DNA of 64,000 nucleotides, taken from NCBI GenBank assembly GCA_013239625.1, contig MU053444.1:79822-143821 (forward strand), in the 5' to 3' direction. Source of the DNA: Lama guanicoe (lineage: Eukaryota). Below are positions 50,965 to 61,429 of the stretch, piece by piece. Position numbers and translations under genes: made by a program. The notes beneath the pieces were generated by a model, which did not search any database, was not told where the DNA came from, and saw only the letters and a program-made list of their open reading frames with translations. Every line of letters starts with the position of its first letter. Positions within the stretch are counted from its first letter, which is position 1.

Positions 50965-51722
50965 GTGTGGTGGCAGAATCATATTCCTCCCCCGCCACAG
51001 GTTAGCCAACTCTGACATGTTTCTGTACATGGCAAAAGGGATGACAGATATATTAGGAGAAAAATCTTAGAGGATTTCTGTCTTCTAAATTGTCTATTAG
51101 CCTTTTAAACCCATGATACATTATTAAAGTTTAGTGGAGGGCCACAAATAAAAATGATTCATATAATCTCACCACACATACTGAAGGTAGAAAGACTAAG
51201 GAAGAAAAACAATAAGTCATTCATAAGTGTCTTGAACCTTAAATTGCTCATGAGAGGAAATATCACACAAGGTGAGTGTCACAGCCACATACATAATGCC
51301 TGAATGGGAGGGGAGAAGGGGTTCCTGAGATGAGACAATAGGGTTAGTAGACTGGAATGTCCAGGTGGGCCCAATATAATCACAGGAGTCCTTAAAATGG
51401 AGGACATAGCCCACCTGAGTTTTAAATCAGAGGGAGGTGTAGCCATGGAGCAGTGTTCAGAAAGGCTGCTGGCCATGAAAATGGAGTAAGTCATGGAGCA
51501 CAAGCTAAGGAAGGTGGATGACCTCTGGAAACTGGAAAAAAACAAAAACAAAAACAAGGAAACATTCTCTTCTAGATCCTCTAGAAGGAAGGAACCCTGC
51601 TGTTAACTTGAATTTAGCTCAATGAGAACTGTGTTGGATCTCTGACCTCCAAAACAATAAGGTGATAAATTTGTGCTGGTTTAAGTTGTTAAGTTTGTTA
51701 CAGTGGTAATAGAAAAATAACA
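50965..51722 (+). mobile_element. MLT1D-like LTR, interrupted
   Basis: TGTGGTGGCAGAAT start; CCAGGTGGGCCCAATATAATCACAGGAGTCCTTAAAA; end GTTTGTTACAGTGGTAATAGAAAAATAACA. Confidence 0.65.
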
Positions 51723-52044
51723 TAGTGAGCGGTTGCATAAGGGATTAAAGTTCTAGGCTGGGGTGTGGAGAGGATTCTGACATTTACACCTAAAAAACAA
51801 CCAGGTGCAGTGGGAAGGTGTTTTAAAGAAGACCTACCTGGCAGGACTGTTAAGAGGACTGTTTGGTGTGAGGAGAGCATTGGAGTAGAGGAATCAATTA
51901 AATCTCTACCAGAAAAATAAGGAATAAAATATAACAGGGCTTCAGTGTTAGTGGATTCAGAAATGGAAATGGGCAGAGAGATATAAACATTACTTTGAAA
52001 TTAGATACAGGCTTGATGATTGCATATTGGGGAGAGTTAGCCGA

Positions 52045-52397
52045 TGTGTGGACTGAATGTATGCATCCCCTCAGAATCCATATGTCAAAACCCCATCTCC
52101 CAGGGTAATCGTATTGGGAGGTGGGGCCTTTGGGAGGTGATTACTAGGATAAAATGAGGTCATGAGAGTTGAGCCCTCATGAATGGAATTAGTGATGTTA
52201 CAAAGGGCCACAGATTGCTTGCTTCTCTCTTCTCTCTGGCCTATGAAGATAGTGGGAAGACAGCCATCTTCGAGACATGAAGGCTATCCACTCCCAGATA
52301 CATTGAACTCAGCCTCCAAAAGTTAAGGAACATGCTGGTTGTTTAAGCCACCCGACCCATGGTAATTTGTTACAGCTTCCCAGACTGACGAAGACAG
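52045..52397 (+). mobile_element. MLT1A-like LTR
   Basis: TGTGTGGACTGAATGTATGCATCCCC...GGTGGGGCCTTTGGGAGGTGATTA...GGTAATTTGTTACAGC...GACTGACGAAGACA. Confidence 0.8.
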
Positions 52398-53381
52398 TGG
52401 AGAATGCCTCTGAGTTTGACACTTACTGCTTGGAGAATGCTGAAACCCAGGGAAGTGGGCAGCACAGATGTTTACTCATTTAATCTGGCAACATGGTACG
52501 AGATAGAGTCTACATATTCCTCGCTATTTAAAAGGGAAGAAAAAAGAGACACAAATAACAACAACAACAATAATTTTTCCAAGATTCACACAGAAACCCC
52601 TGGAGGCAGAGTGAGAATTTAAACTCAGGCAGGCTGACCCCAGAGCCCCTGCTCATAACTAATAAGTCAGATCACCTTGCTTATGTGGATCATTTTTTTC
52701 AAGTGTGATATGAGTGTACTGTGTCCAGTAACTTATAATTTCAAAATACCTCACTGTAAGGGAATCATTAGTCGCAAGCATTGCAAACCACAGAAAGCTA
52801 GACATACAAAAATAACTCGTTATGGCAAGATAACCAATAATGTTTTTAAATATTATACTTGCTGAACCTTTGCAATAAAATGTGTATTTATAAATCTGTC
52901 TGGCTACAGAATAACTTAATAATCCTGAATGTGGCTGGTGGCTCCCATGGTGGACAGCACTAGCCTAGAGAATTTAAGTGGCTTGTCCAGACTTGCTCAG
53001 GAAGCTCATGGTGGGATCAGAGCTATAGGCTGGGACTTTTCCTTCCTATCCAAAAAGTCCTTCATGGAGGCTTAGAAGCTTCTCCTTTGGTGCCCAGCTG
53101 TCTATCCGTACATATGACATCGTGTCAGGTGTCCCAGCCTGCTCCTGAACATCAGCCAATAACCACTTCTGCTCTTTTCTGGTCAGGTAATACATTCTAG
53201 CAACTTCCATTGACTTCTTGGCATCAGTTCTTACCTGGAAGGGTAGTGGCTAGAGACGCAAATGTGTCCACATGACAGGGTTTTCATAAACATAGCAGGA
53301 GTTTTCAAGAAAAGAAAACGTCAGATAGACGAGTGGAAGCAGGTCATTTAATATACCAAATGTACTTTCAATGTATGTTTA

Positions 53382-53901
53382 TGTTTCCAAGCCCAGACTT
53401 GTTCTGCTAGTGCATTACAGGCCAACAAATCGGGAGACCAGGTTTTGGGGCAAGAAATAGCGACTTTAATTTGCAAAGCCAGCTGAGAAGATGGAAGTTT
53501 AATGTCCTGGAAAACCATCTCCCAAAGTCAGAATTCAGGCTCTTTTTATATTAAAAGGGGAAGCAGGAATGTTTCGTTGTTGCAAACTTGGTTTATGAAT
53601 TCTTTGTTGTTAGAATCTTTTGCTCTTGCAGCTCTTCACCTGGGTCAGATCCGTGTAAACCTCCAACAAACAAATGTTATTTTCTATTCTGTAACTTGTT
53701 ATCTTTATATGAATGGAAAAGTGTTAACATCCTTTAAAGTCAGAGCCTTGAGAATAGGGTCTCCTGTATATTTCAGGCTCTAAGTAACATTGTTTTACAA
53801 AAGGTGCAGAACCAACAAGACTAAAGCTAGGAAACAGGGCACAGGGATAAAGTCAAAAGAACAGATCTAATATGCAGTCAGATTTGTTCTTTCCTATTTC
53901 A
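53382..53901 (-). mobile_element. Solo LTR (ERV1-like)
   Basis: Bounded by TG...CA; shares AACAATGTT, GGAGA(G/C)CCTATTCTCAA and AAAGATAACAAGTT(A/G)CAGAATAGAAA with 6665-7078 and 54902-55381. Confidence 0.8.
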
Positions 53902-54048
53902 GTAGTGCAATGGAGAAGGCACTTTGGGCAGCTTGTTGTAGGGTCCTGGAGGCTTTCTCTCTCAGCCTCTGGGTACCTCTATTGTAAACCCTTCATAGCT
54001 GTCTGGCCTGCTGGAAAACCACTCCGACTGTTTTACCCGGAAGATGTG

Positions 54049-54647
54049 TTCTGTTTATAATTCATCTCTACTCCTTGGAAAACAACTCAAGAAAAACTAA
54101 GTTGGTTTTCCACCAGCCATGGGCAGGGGTGAGGTATACCATGTTATTATTTTATAAAATAATAGTAATAATAGTAATAGTAATAGTACTAGAAATAATA
54201 ATAGTATTATTATAATAATAATAATATAAAAGAAGTCTTAAAACAGGACTGAGCACATTGGAGAGAGTCAATAAATGCTTTCTGGCTTAAATCAAAAGTG
54301 ATGACTTAGTGATTCCATGGCTGCTGTATTTGCTAAGCTAGTTACTCCTTTGCTCCATTACACATTATTCTGTTTATAATTCATCTCTACTCCTTGGAAA
54401 ACAACTCAAGAAAAACTAAGTTGGTTTTCCACCAGCCCTAGGCAGGGGTGAGGGATAGCATGTTATTATTTTATAAAATAAAAATAATAATAAAAAAAAC
54501 AATAAAAATAATAAAAGAAGTCTTAAAACAGCACTGGGCACATAGGAGAGAGACAATAAATGTTTCCTGGCTTAAATTAAAAGTGATGGCTCAGTGATTC
54601 CATGGCTGCTGTATTTGCTGTGCTAGTTACTCCTTTGCTCCATTACA
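54049..54647 (+). repeat. Tandem duplication (54049-54362 and 54368-54647) containing an AT-rich microsatellite
   Basis: Both copies run TTCTGTTTATAATTCATCTCTACTCCTTGGAAAACAACTCAAG...CTCCTTTGCTCCATTACA. The copies differ mainly in the length of the (TAA/TAG)n tract. Confidence 0.95.
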
Positions 54648-54901
54648 ATTTTTTTTAACTGAAAAAGAAATACATGCATATGGTTAAAAAATATTCAAAC
54701 AGAGCACAAAAATAAACAAGTGAAAGAAATTTTCCCTCATTCTCTCTTCTTTCAGCCTTCCCTGGAGATGCCACAGTTTATTATCCTTTGTGTGCTTTTC
54801 CAGATATGCTATGCACATTCCCACCTATGTATGTAAATTCCTTTAAACTTTTACTTATTTTTAACTTAAAGGGGTTTAAATCCTCAAGTGCCTTCTGCCC
54901 G

Positions 54902-55381
54902 GGTAATAGAAAAGGATAAATCTGACTCCATACTAGATTTTCCTTTGACTTTAACCCTGTACTCTGCCTCCTAGGCTTCATCTTGCTTGTAAAACAATGT
55001 TGCCTACAGCCTCAAATATACAGGAGAGCCTTTTCTGAAGGCTATGACCTTTAAGGATATTTAATACTTTTTCATTCATAAAAGATAACAAGTTGCAGAA
55101 TAGAAAATAATGTCTGTTTTGCTGGAGGTTTACAGATATTTGACTCAGGCAGATAGCTGCAAGAACAAAGGATTCTAACAACAAAGAATTCCTACACCAA
55201 GAAGTTTGCTACAACCAAGCACGTAGGAAAGAGCCTGAATTCTGACTTGGGGGGATGGTTTTCCAGGACATTAGTTTGACATCAAGGTCTACAGACACTT
55301 GCTATTCCATGCCCCAACACCTGGTCTCCCAAATTGTTGGCCTGTCCTGCAATGAGGAGAATAAATTTGGACTCGGTAACA
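54902..55381 (+). mobile_element. Solo LTR (ERV1-like), same family, opposite orientation
   Basis: GGTAATAG...AAATCTGACTCCATA...AAAGATAACAAGTTGCAGAATAGAAA...GGACTCGGTAACA. Confidence 0.8.
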
Positions 55382-56019
55382 CTCCTAACTACCTAGAAAC
55401 CTGGGCACTGGAACTGATACCAGCTCTCCCACACCCAGGGACATACTGTGGGCCCTTGATGGTTCCAGTAGGGTGGGGTGTAGTTTAATCAGGAGGGATG
55501 GGGACTATGCACCAACACTCAGGCAGTCTGCTCCCTCTGGGGCTCTGATTTTATACCTCCCGCTCCCCACCAGCCCAACACCTGGGACAGTGGAGCAAAG
55601 GCAGAGATCGTGCCTACCTGTTTCCCAGCGTGTAAAAGGGGAATATGTACTCTTCCTAAGGTAGTTCAGAGCTAAAACACCCACGGGTTCTTGGTTCCCA
55701 GAGCAACAGGAAACCCAGCTCCGTGTGGGGGCAACGGGTGTGATCCCCGTAGGGGTTCTGCAGAGGCCTTGGCTGGAGGGCTGGACCAGGGAGGTAAAAT
55801 TTGAGCTGCGGGCCTTGAAGGGTTAGAGAAGGGTACAGAGGCAGGACTGCCACCTGTTTCAGGGTGCCCCCAGAGGTAAAGCTTGTTCTCTCCATCTCTG
55901 CTACACCCCTCCCTCTCCAGATCCCTCCCTTCTCTCTGCATTTCCTGTCCATCTGTCTCCCTCCACTTTTCCCCTCCTCCTCTCTTCCTCCTATCTTCTC
56001 CCTCCCTCACTTACCCAGC

Positions 56020-56795
56020 ATCTCTGGCAGAAACCAGAGGATCCCTGGCCCTCCTGCGCATGCGCAGTCGGTGCCAGCTGGACCTAGGGTTGGAAGCTCC
56101 AGCTCCGAGCCGGGGATCGGCCCCAAAGGCTTCTCAGCTCTGTCTCTCGGTAGGCCTTTGGCTCCTGCCCGGGGCCGGGGCCCCCGGCTGTGGATGTGCA
56201 AGGTGGGGGGCTCACGGGAAATGTTCAGGCAGCTGCGGGAAGGCGGCCTGCTTGTCACAGCCTGTGAAGGCGCGAGTCAGCGTGTGTTCAGCTAAATTGC
56301 TCGGACCAGGCCCCTCTGCCCCGGCGCCCTGGCCACACCTGTCCAGGGCCAGGTGTGAACCTGTCTCCTCTTCCCCAGCCGGGCTCCCCACAGTCCGTGG
56401 CTGGTGTCCCATTCCCCTCTCCCGCCCGCAAGTCCTCTTCTCCCAGGCTTCTTCTCCTAGGCCGCCTACCCATACCCGTCCCTATGCGGGCTGTGTCCAG
56501 GGACTGCAGGTTCTGCGGAACCGGACGGGGGCGGGCGGCTGGGTCTGGGGCTGACCTCTGAGCAGGGGTTGCAGCCCGCGTCCCCAACCCCCCCAGCTTT
56601 CCCTGCCCCATGACCCCGGGGCTGCCCTCCTCTCCCTTTCCCGCTCCCTCAGGACCAGCTCAGTGGTGTGGGCACTGCTCCCCGGGCTGAGAGCCTCAGG
56701 CTGTAAATACCAGCTTCTGTTGAAGTCGGCAAAAGCAAGCGTCACTGCTAAGGAAGCTTCCGTCACCTCCCTCAGTGTTTCTGCCGCAGGTAAGT
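56020..56795 (+). promoter_or_regulatory. CpG island, probable duplicated TRAPPC9 promoter and non-coding first exon(s)
   Basis: CpG-rich block ~4-5 kb upstream of the TRAPPC9 coding exon. It has a perfect NRF1-type palindrome TGCGCATGCGCA at 56055-56066, a consensus donor CAG|gtaagt at 56790 and a weaker donor near 56150. Confidence 0.72.
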
Positions 56796-57809
56796 ACATT
56801 GAACACTTTCAGGTGTTATGATGGCAGTGCTTGTTGATGTCACCTGTTTTTATAGTGAGAGGGATTACAGTGTTGAAAGCAGGGCTTGTTTCAGTTAAAA
56901 ATGAGCTGAAGGCATGAGTCTGTGACATCCTCCAGGCTTCCCTCTCCCAGGGTGAAACGTGTGATCTTCGATTTTAGAAAGATAGTTACAGTCCCTAACT
57001 AGTCCAGCCCAGCTAGTGTGAGTTAACAGGAACAACACCACCAGAGGCGTTGGAGATGCAGGGAAATTGCAGTCCTAAAGAGCTCCTGGCACAGTTTGGT
57101 TTGTTTTGTTTTTTTGTTTTTCTTAAATTCTGGGGCAGACTAGTTGTATAGAGGGGAAAATAATTGTCAAGAAATATGTTTTTCATATAACAGCTTTATT
57201 GTGATACTGTTCACACACCATGAAGTCCATCCATTTAAATGGTACAATTCAGCAGCTTTTAGCATATTCACAGTGCTGCAACCATTATTATTCCAGAACA
57301 TTTTCATCACTTCAGAAAGAACAGTGGAAATCAATAACATATCCAACCTTCCCCAGTGGTGGTTCTAAAGAAGTTTCTTGGCTGTTCCTGACCATAAATT
57401 AACTTGTTACATTCCATGACATATCTGGAAGGATTTCTAAACAGAATTACATTGAATCTGTCTATCAAAACAGGGAGAATTAATGTCTATATGGCATAAA
57501 CTTCTTCTACCCATGAATATATATGAGACCTTAACTTTTCTTCTGTCCAGAGCCTGGCCCATGGGAAGTCCTCACTAATTTTTGGGCTTGTGAATGATGA
57601 GATTCTATACATTGTTAGTTGCAAATGTAGCCTTTCACAGAAGAGAAAACTAACCTCAGTGAAGCCAAGTGAGTCTCTGATTGTCAGAAAGGGTGACAGT
57701 CAGTGCTGGAGTGATCCAGTGGACTTGCTGCTTGCAGCCAGAATTCTCCACCACCTACAGCTACGGGGATTACAGTGTTCTTTTTTTTTATGACTTGCTT
57801 TTGTTTTTC

Positions 57810-58070
57810 TAATTATTTTTCATTGAAGTGTAGTTAACTTACAATGTTAGTTTCAGGTGTACAGCAGAGATTCAGTTATAAACATATGTATATGTATATA
57901 CATACGTTTTAGATTGTTTTTAGTACAACTCATTACAAGAACTTGAATATAGCTCCCTGTGCTATATAGCAGGTCCTTGTCATTTATTTTATATTTATTA
58001 ATGTGTATCTGTTAATCCCCCCTTTCCTGTCTGCTAAACACAGTTTGTTTCTATGTCCATGAATCCATTT
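57810..58070 (-). mobile_element. L1 3'UTR fragment (antisense)
   Basis: ATTGAAGTGTAGTTAACTTACAATGTTAGTTTCAGGTGTACAGCA...TTGAATATAGCTCCCTGTGCTATA is complementary to the 3' end of the L1 at 25.9-26.06 kb. Confidence 0.8.
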
Positions 58071-60294
58071 CTAGCAGCACCGTTTTTCCTAGTTAATATA
58101 TGCTGCTTGACTGCTCTCAGTTTCAGTAATTCCATCTTATCTGTGGGCGTTTTTCTTCTGGTTGGCCTCTATGTGGTTTGCACACGTGGTAATAGAGATC
58201 TGTATTTGGGAGAACTCCAGGCCTCGTGTGGTTCCTGGTACAGAGCGCCCACTGAGCTGATGTTTGAACTGGGAAAAAAGCATAGCATATGTTGGAATTT
58301 CCACTATGGTTGAGACTTCCAGGTTTCTATAAACTCTCTAGCCCACCTTAATGTTGGCTGCACCCATACTGGGTAATTTGGCGGAACTCCATGTTATGGT
58401 GAGGTAGAGACAGGGCCTTGTATGCTTCTTCTCTTTCCTTTCTCTAACTCTCATTCTCCTGGGCCTCCCAGATCCTCCTACAGCAGTGCCCAGGGCTGGC
58501 TTGGTGCTGCACTCAGGCAATATTTGTTAATAAGTCCCTTTCCTCATCTCTTCTGAGCCTCCATTTCCTTCTCTGCAAAATGAGGGCTTAGACTAGATAA
58601 GTCCTTTTCAGTTTCTTTTAAAGCCATGTTTCCTTTGAGAAACAGAAAATGCAAATCTCTCCTCCCATTCCAACCCTTTAGATTTTGATATGTCCTCCTA
58701 GAAGTGCCATAGTTCTTTGTGGAAAACTGATGTGATTGTGATTCCAGGTGGCACAGAAAGGACTCTTCAGAGATTTATTGCTGGGAAAGGGCAGGGAAGG
58801 GGCAGTATGTCACACTTCCTAGTGTGAGCAATGGAGCAGGGGATTGGGTTTAAATACAGTTTCTGATGTGGCCTTTCTCTAATCTTGCACAATGTGATAA
58901 ACCTCTCTCCCTCAATTTCTTCATGTGTCAAGTTGGGGTGATAGTATTTTAGGGTTTTTGTGAAACATTATACACATAATCCATTTGTGTCTCGGTAGAA
59001 ACAAGAGCTGCTAGGGAGTCAGTGATTTCTTTAAAAAAAAAAAAAAAAAACAAATCTTGGGCACTCTGTCTGTGTGTATTTTGAAGTTCCTGGAGGGTGA
59101 GTGTTGAAACTAAAGTCCATCGTGGGACAGGTGGCCTATGGTTCTCTGTGCCCCAGATTGCCCCCTCCTCCCCAATCCTCTTCCTCTCAGTCCAGGATGA
59201 AGTTCCCTAGTACGTTTACACAGAGTTCTTGTGGAATTGGTTTTTCATTTTATTGTTTCACCAAGAAGGGCTGCCATCATGATCTCTGTGGTCAGGTTTT
59301 GCTGACCTGAAGGCTATGCAATTGGGGGTTTCTATTTAATAAAGGGAAAAAAATTATGAACACAAACTTAGACCTACGGTGGTGACAGGGGCTCTTGGAA
59401 GTGGGGACCATTAGCTTTGTTAGCTTCAGGTGCAGTGGCCTCTGGCCACGAGGACCCATCCTCATGCTCTGAAGTTGGAGGGACCAGTGGGTTCAGTGGG
59501 AAATTTAACTGAGTGTATCTCATGGTCTAGGGATTGTCCTATTTGTGCTGTGTGTTCCTTATTTGAGACAGTGAGCTCATTTAACCTCAATAGCCTCTTT
59601 AAAAAATTAGACTGTTAATTTTGTGATGTGATGTAGATTCCCATGTAGTTGTAAGAGATAATATGGAGAGGGCCTATGAACTCTTTGCCCATTTTTCCTT
59701 AATGCTTCAATCTTGCAAAATTCGGGTACAATTCATTACTGACTCACTAACCCTTTGAGGTTTGTGTTATTGCCCTCATTTCTATTCATGATTAAACTGG
59801 GGCTTGGAGAAGCACAAGGCCTGCAAAGTTCACCCACATGCTTAGTGTAGATTCGGGTGAACGTGGGCTTGGGATTACCAGGCAGTACCATTATAATGGT
59901 CTGTGGTAGGGAGAAGCATTCACTTTGCTTGTTTATTCATTCATTCATTCAACAAACATTTATTGAGTAACCTCAGTGGGTCAGATGCTTTCATAGGGTT
60001 ATCAGATTCTTCAGCATTACTGAGAATCAGGTAATGTTTCCTTTTTGTTTAATCTGAGAAAATTAGCTCTGAGAGGTTATAATTCCCTACAAAGGTAATA
60101 TAGCTCATAAAGGAGGGATAGTAAATTTGTACAGTCCCCCCTTTTAATGCAGGTTGTAACCTAGGCATTTTGCATTTGCAACCTTCCGTAATCCAGATAT
60201 ATTCTTGTAACCCAAGGATTTTTTTTAATTGAAGTATAGTAAAATTTACAATGTTGTGTCAATTGCAATGTGTTTTCTGAAATTTGAATTAAAA

Positions 60295-60423
60295 AATATT
60301 TTTTGAGGAGGGTAATTATCTTTGTTTATTTGTTTCATTTTTTAAAATGAGGCACTGGGGATTAAACCCAGGACCTCATACTTGCTAAGCACGTGCTCTA
60401 CCACTGAACTATACCCTCCTGCC
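60295..60423 (-). mobile_element. tRNA-derived SINE (same family)
   Basis: Reverse complement GGAGGGTATAGTTCAGTGGTAGAGCACGTGCTTAGCAAGTATGAGGTCCTGGGTTTAATCCCCAGTGCCTC plus A-rich tail. Confidence 0.88.
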
Positions 60424-60857
60424 CAAGGAAAGTTTTCTTATCCATTATTTTGCAGCTTAGGAGTTCAAACAAATTGGAGTTGAAATCCAGATGTTTTGAT
60501 ACCACTGTGGTTCTTTTCTTTATATTCTGCTGAAGCGGGTTGAGGAAAGCAGTTCCTTTGTTCATTTATTTATTCAGCAGTTTTGAACACTGAATTTGCA
60601 TTAGGGACTGGCTAGGTGCTTGGAAACAGAAAACAAGAAATGACCCTTCTCTGCAGGGGCCGGAAGCCTAGACCAAAAGCTGGGTAATGTGATCCAACCT
60701 ACAGTAGCCATGTACAGACACTGAGGACAATCTCTATCCCCCGCTTTGCTTGGGCTCCCCTTGCCTTCTGGCTGGTACACACCAGGTCACCACAACCCAG
60801 AGGTGCCCACTGCCCACAGCAGTGTATGCATCTCGATCTCCTCTCCCTTCTCGGCAG

Positions 60858-61429
60858 GGGCTGAAACATGAGCACCCCTGACTATGTGCAGTGCGCTGAG
60901 AACGACCAGATTCTCCCCGTGATGTTCCAAGCCGTTGGGACAATCTCAGAGGAAAATATCTTTTGCATCAATAAGTGAATCTCCTTGGTGAGCCAGATCA
61001 GCCTGTGCGGCTCCCATTGGGCACTCTTTATCCACTAGAGGCACCGCTATGCGCCCGAGAATGGGTGGAGCGAATTCCAGACCAACCACAAGGTCGTGGG
61101 CCTTGTCACCATTACCAACTGCCTCTCGGCCAAGGCCTTCGAGAAGCTCCACATGCAGAGGAGCTTTATGGCTCCTTGTTAATGACTCTCAGGTCTTTGT
61201 CTTTCTGCTGCATGGGGAGGTAGCCGAGCAGACACGCACCGACGTGGCCTTCAATCTACGAGGACAGCAGGCTGGTGGAGAAGAGGATCAAGGAGTTCAC
61301 TGAGTCACTCTTCATCATGCTCAAGTCCAACTGGCTGGATAGGGCCCCCAACAAGTCTAGGGAGAAGATCCCCCTCCTTGGCATCCTGTTTGAGAAGGAG
61401 GACTTCATGGGACTGGACACAGACTGCAG
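60858..61429 (+). pseudogene. TRAPPC9: TRAPPC9 (NIBP) pseudogene, first coding exon with stops, deletions and frameshifts
   Basis: Acceptor ctctcccttctcggcag|, ATG at 60868 and donor TGCAG|gtaagt at 61430. Translation [87 protein letters not shown]...TRTDVAF...[57 protein letters not shown] matches recalled TRAPPC9 MSVPDYMQCAEDHQ...[22 protein letters not shown]. Stops are TGA 60976-60978 and TAG 61036-61038, with frameshifts after ~61160. Confidence 0.96.

Noticed and set aside
53382..55381. Endogenous provirus between two LTRs
   Set aside because: The LTRs are in opposite orientation and the 1-kb spacer has no recognisable primer-binding site or gag/pol sequence.
55883..56554. 223-aa plus-strand ORF
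   Set aside because: It spans a CT-rich tract and a CpG island where stops are rare; no recognisable homology.
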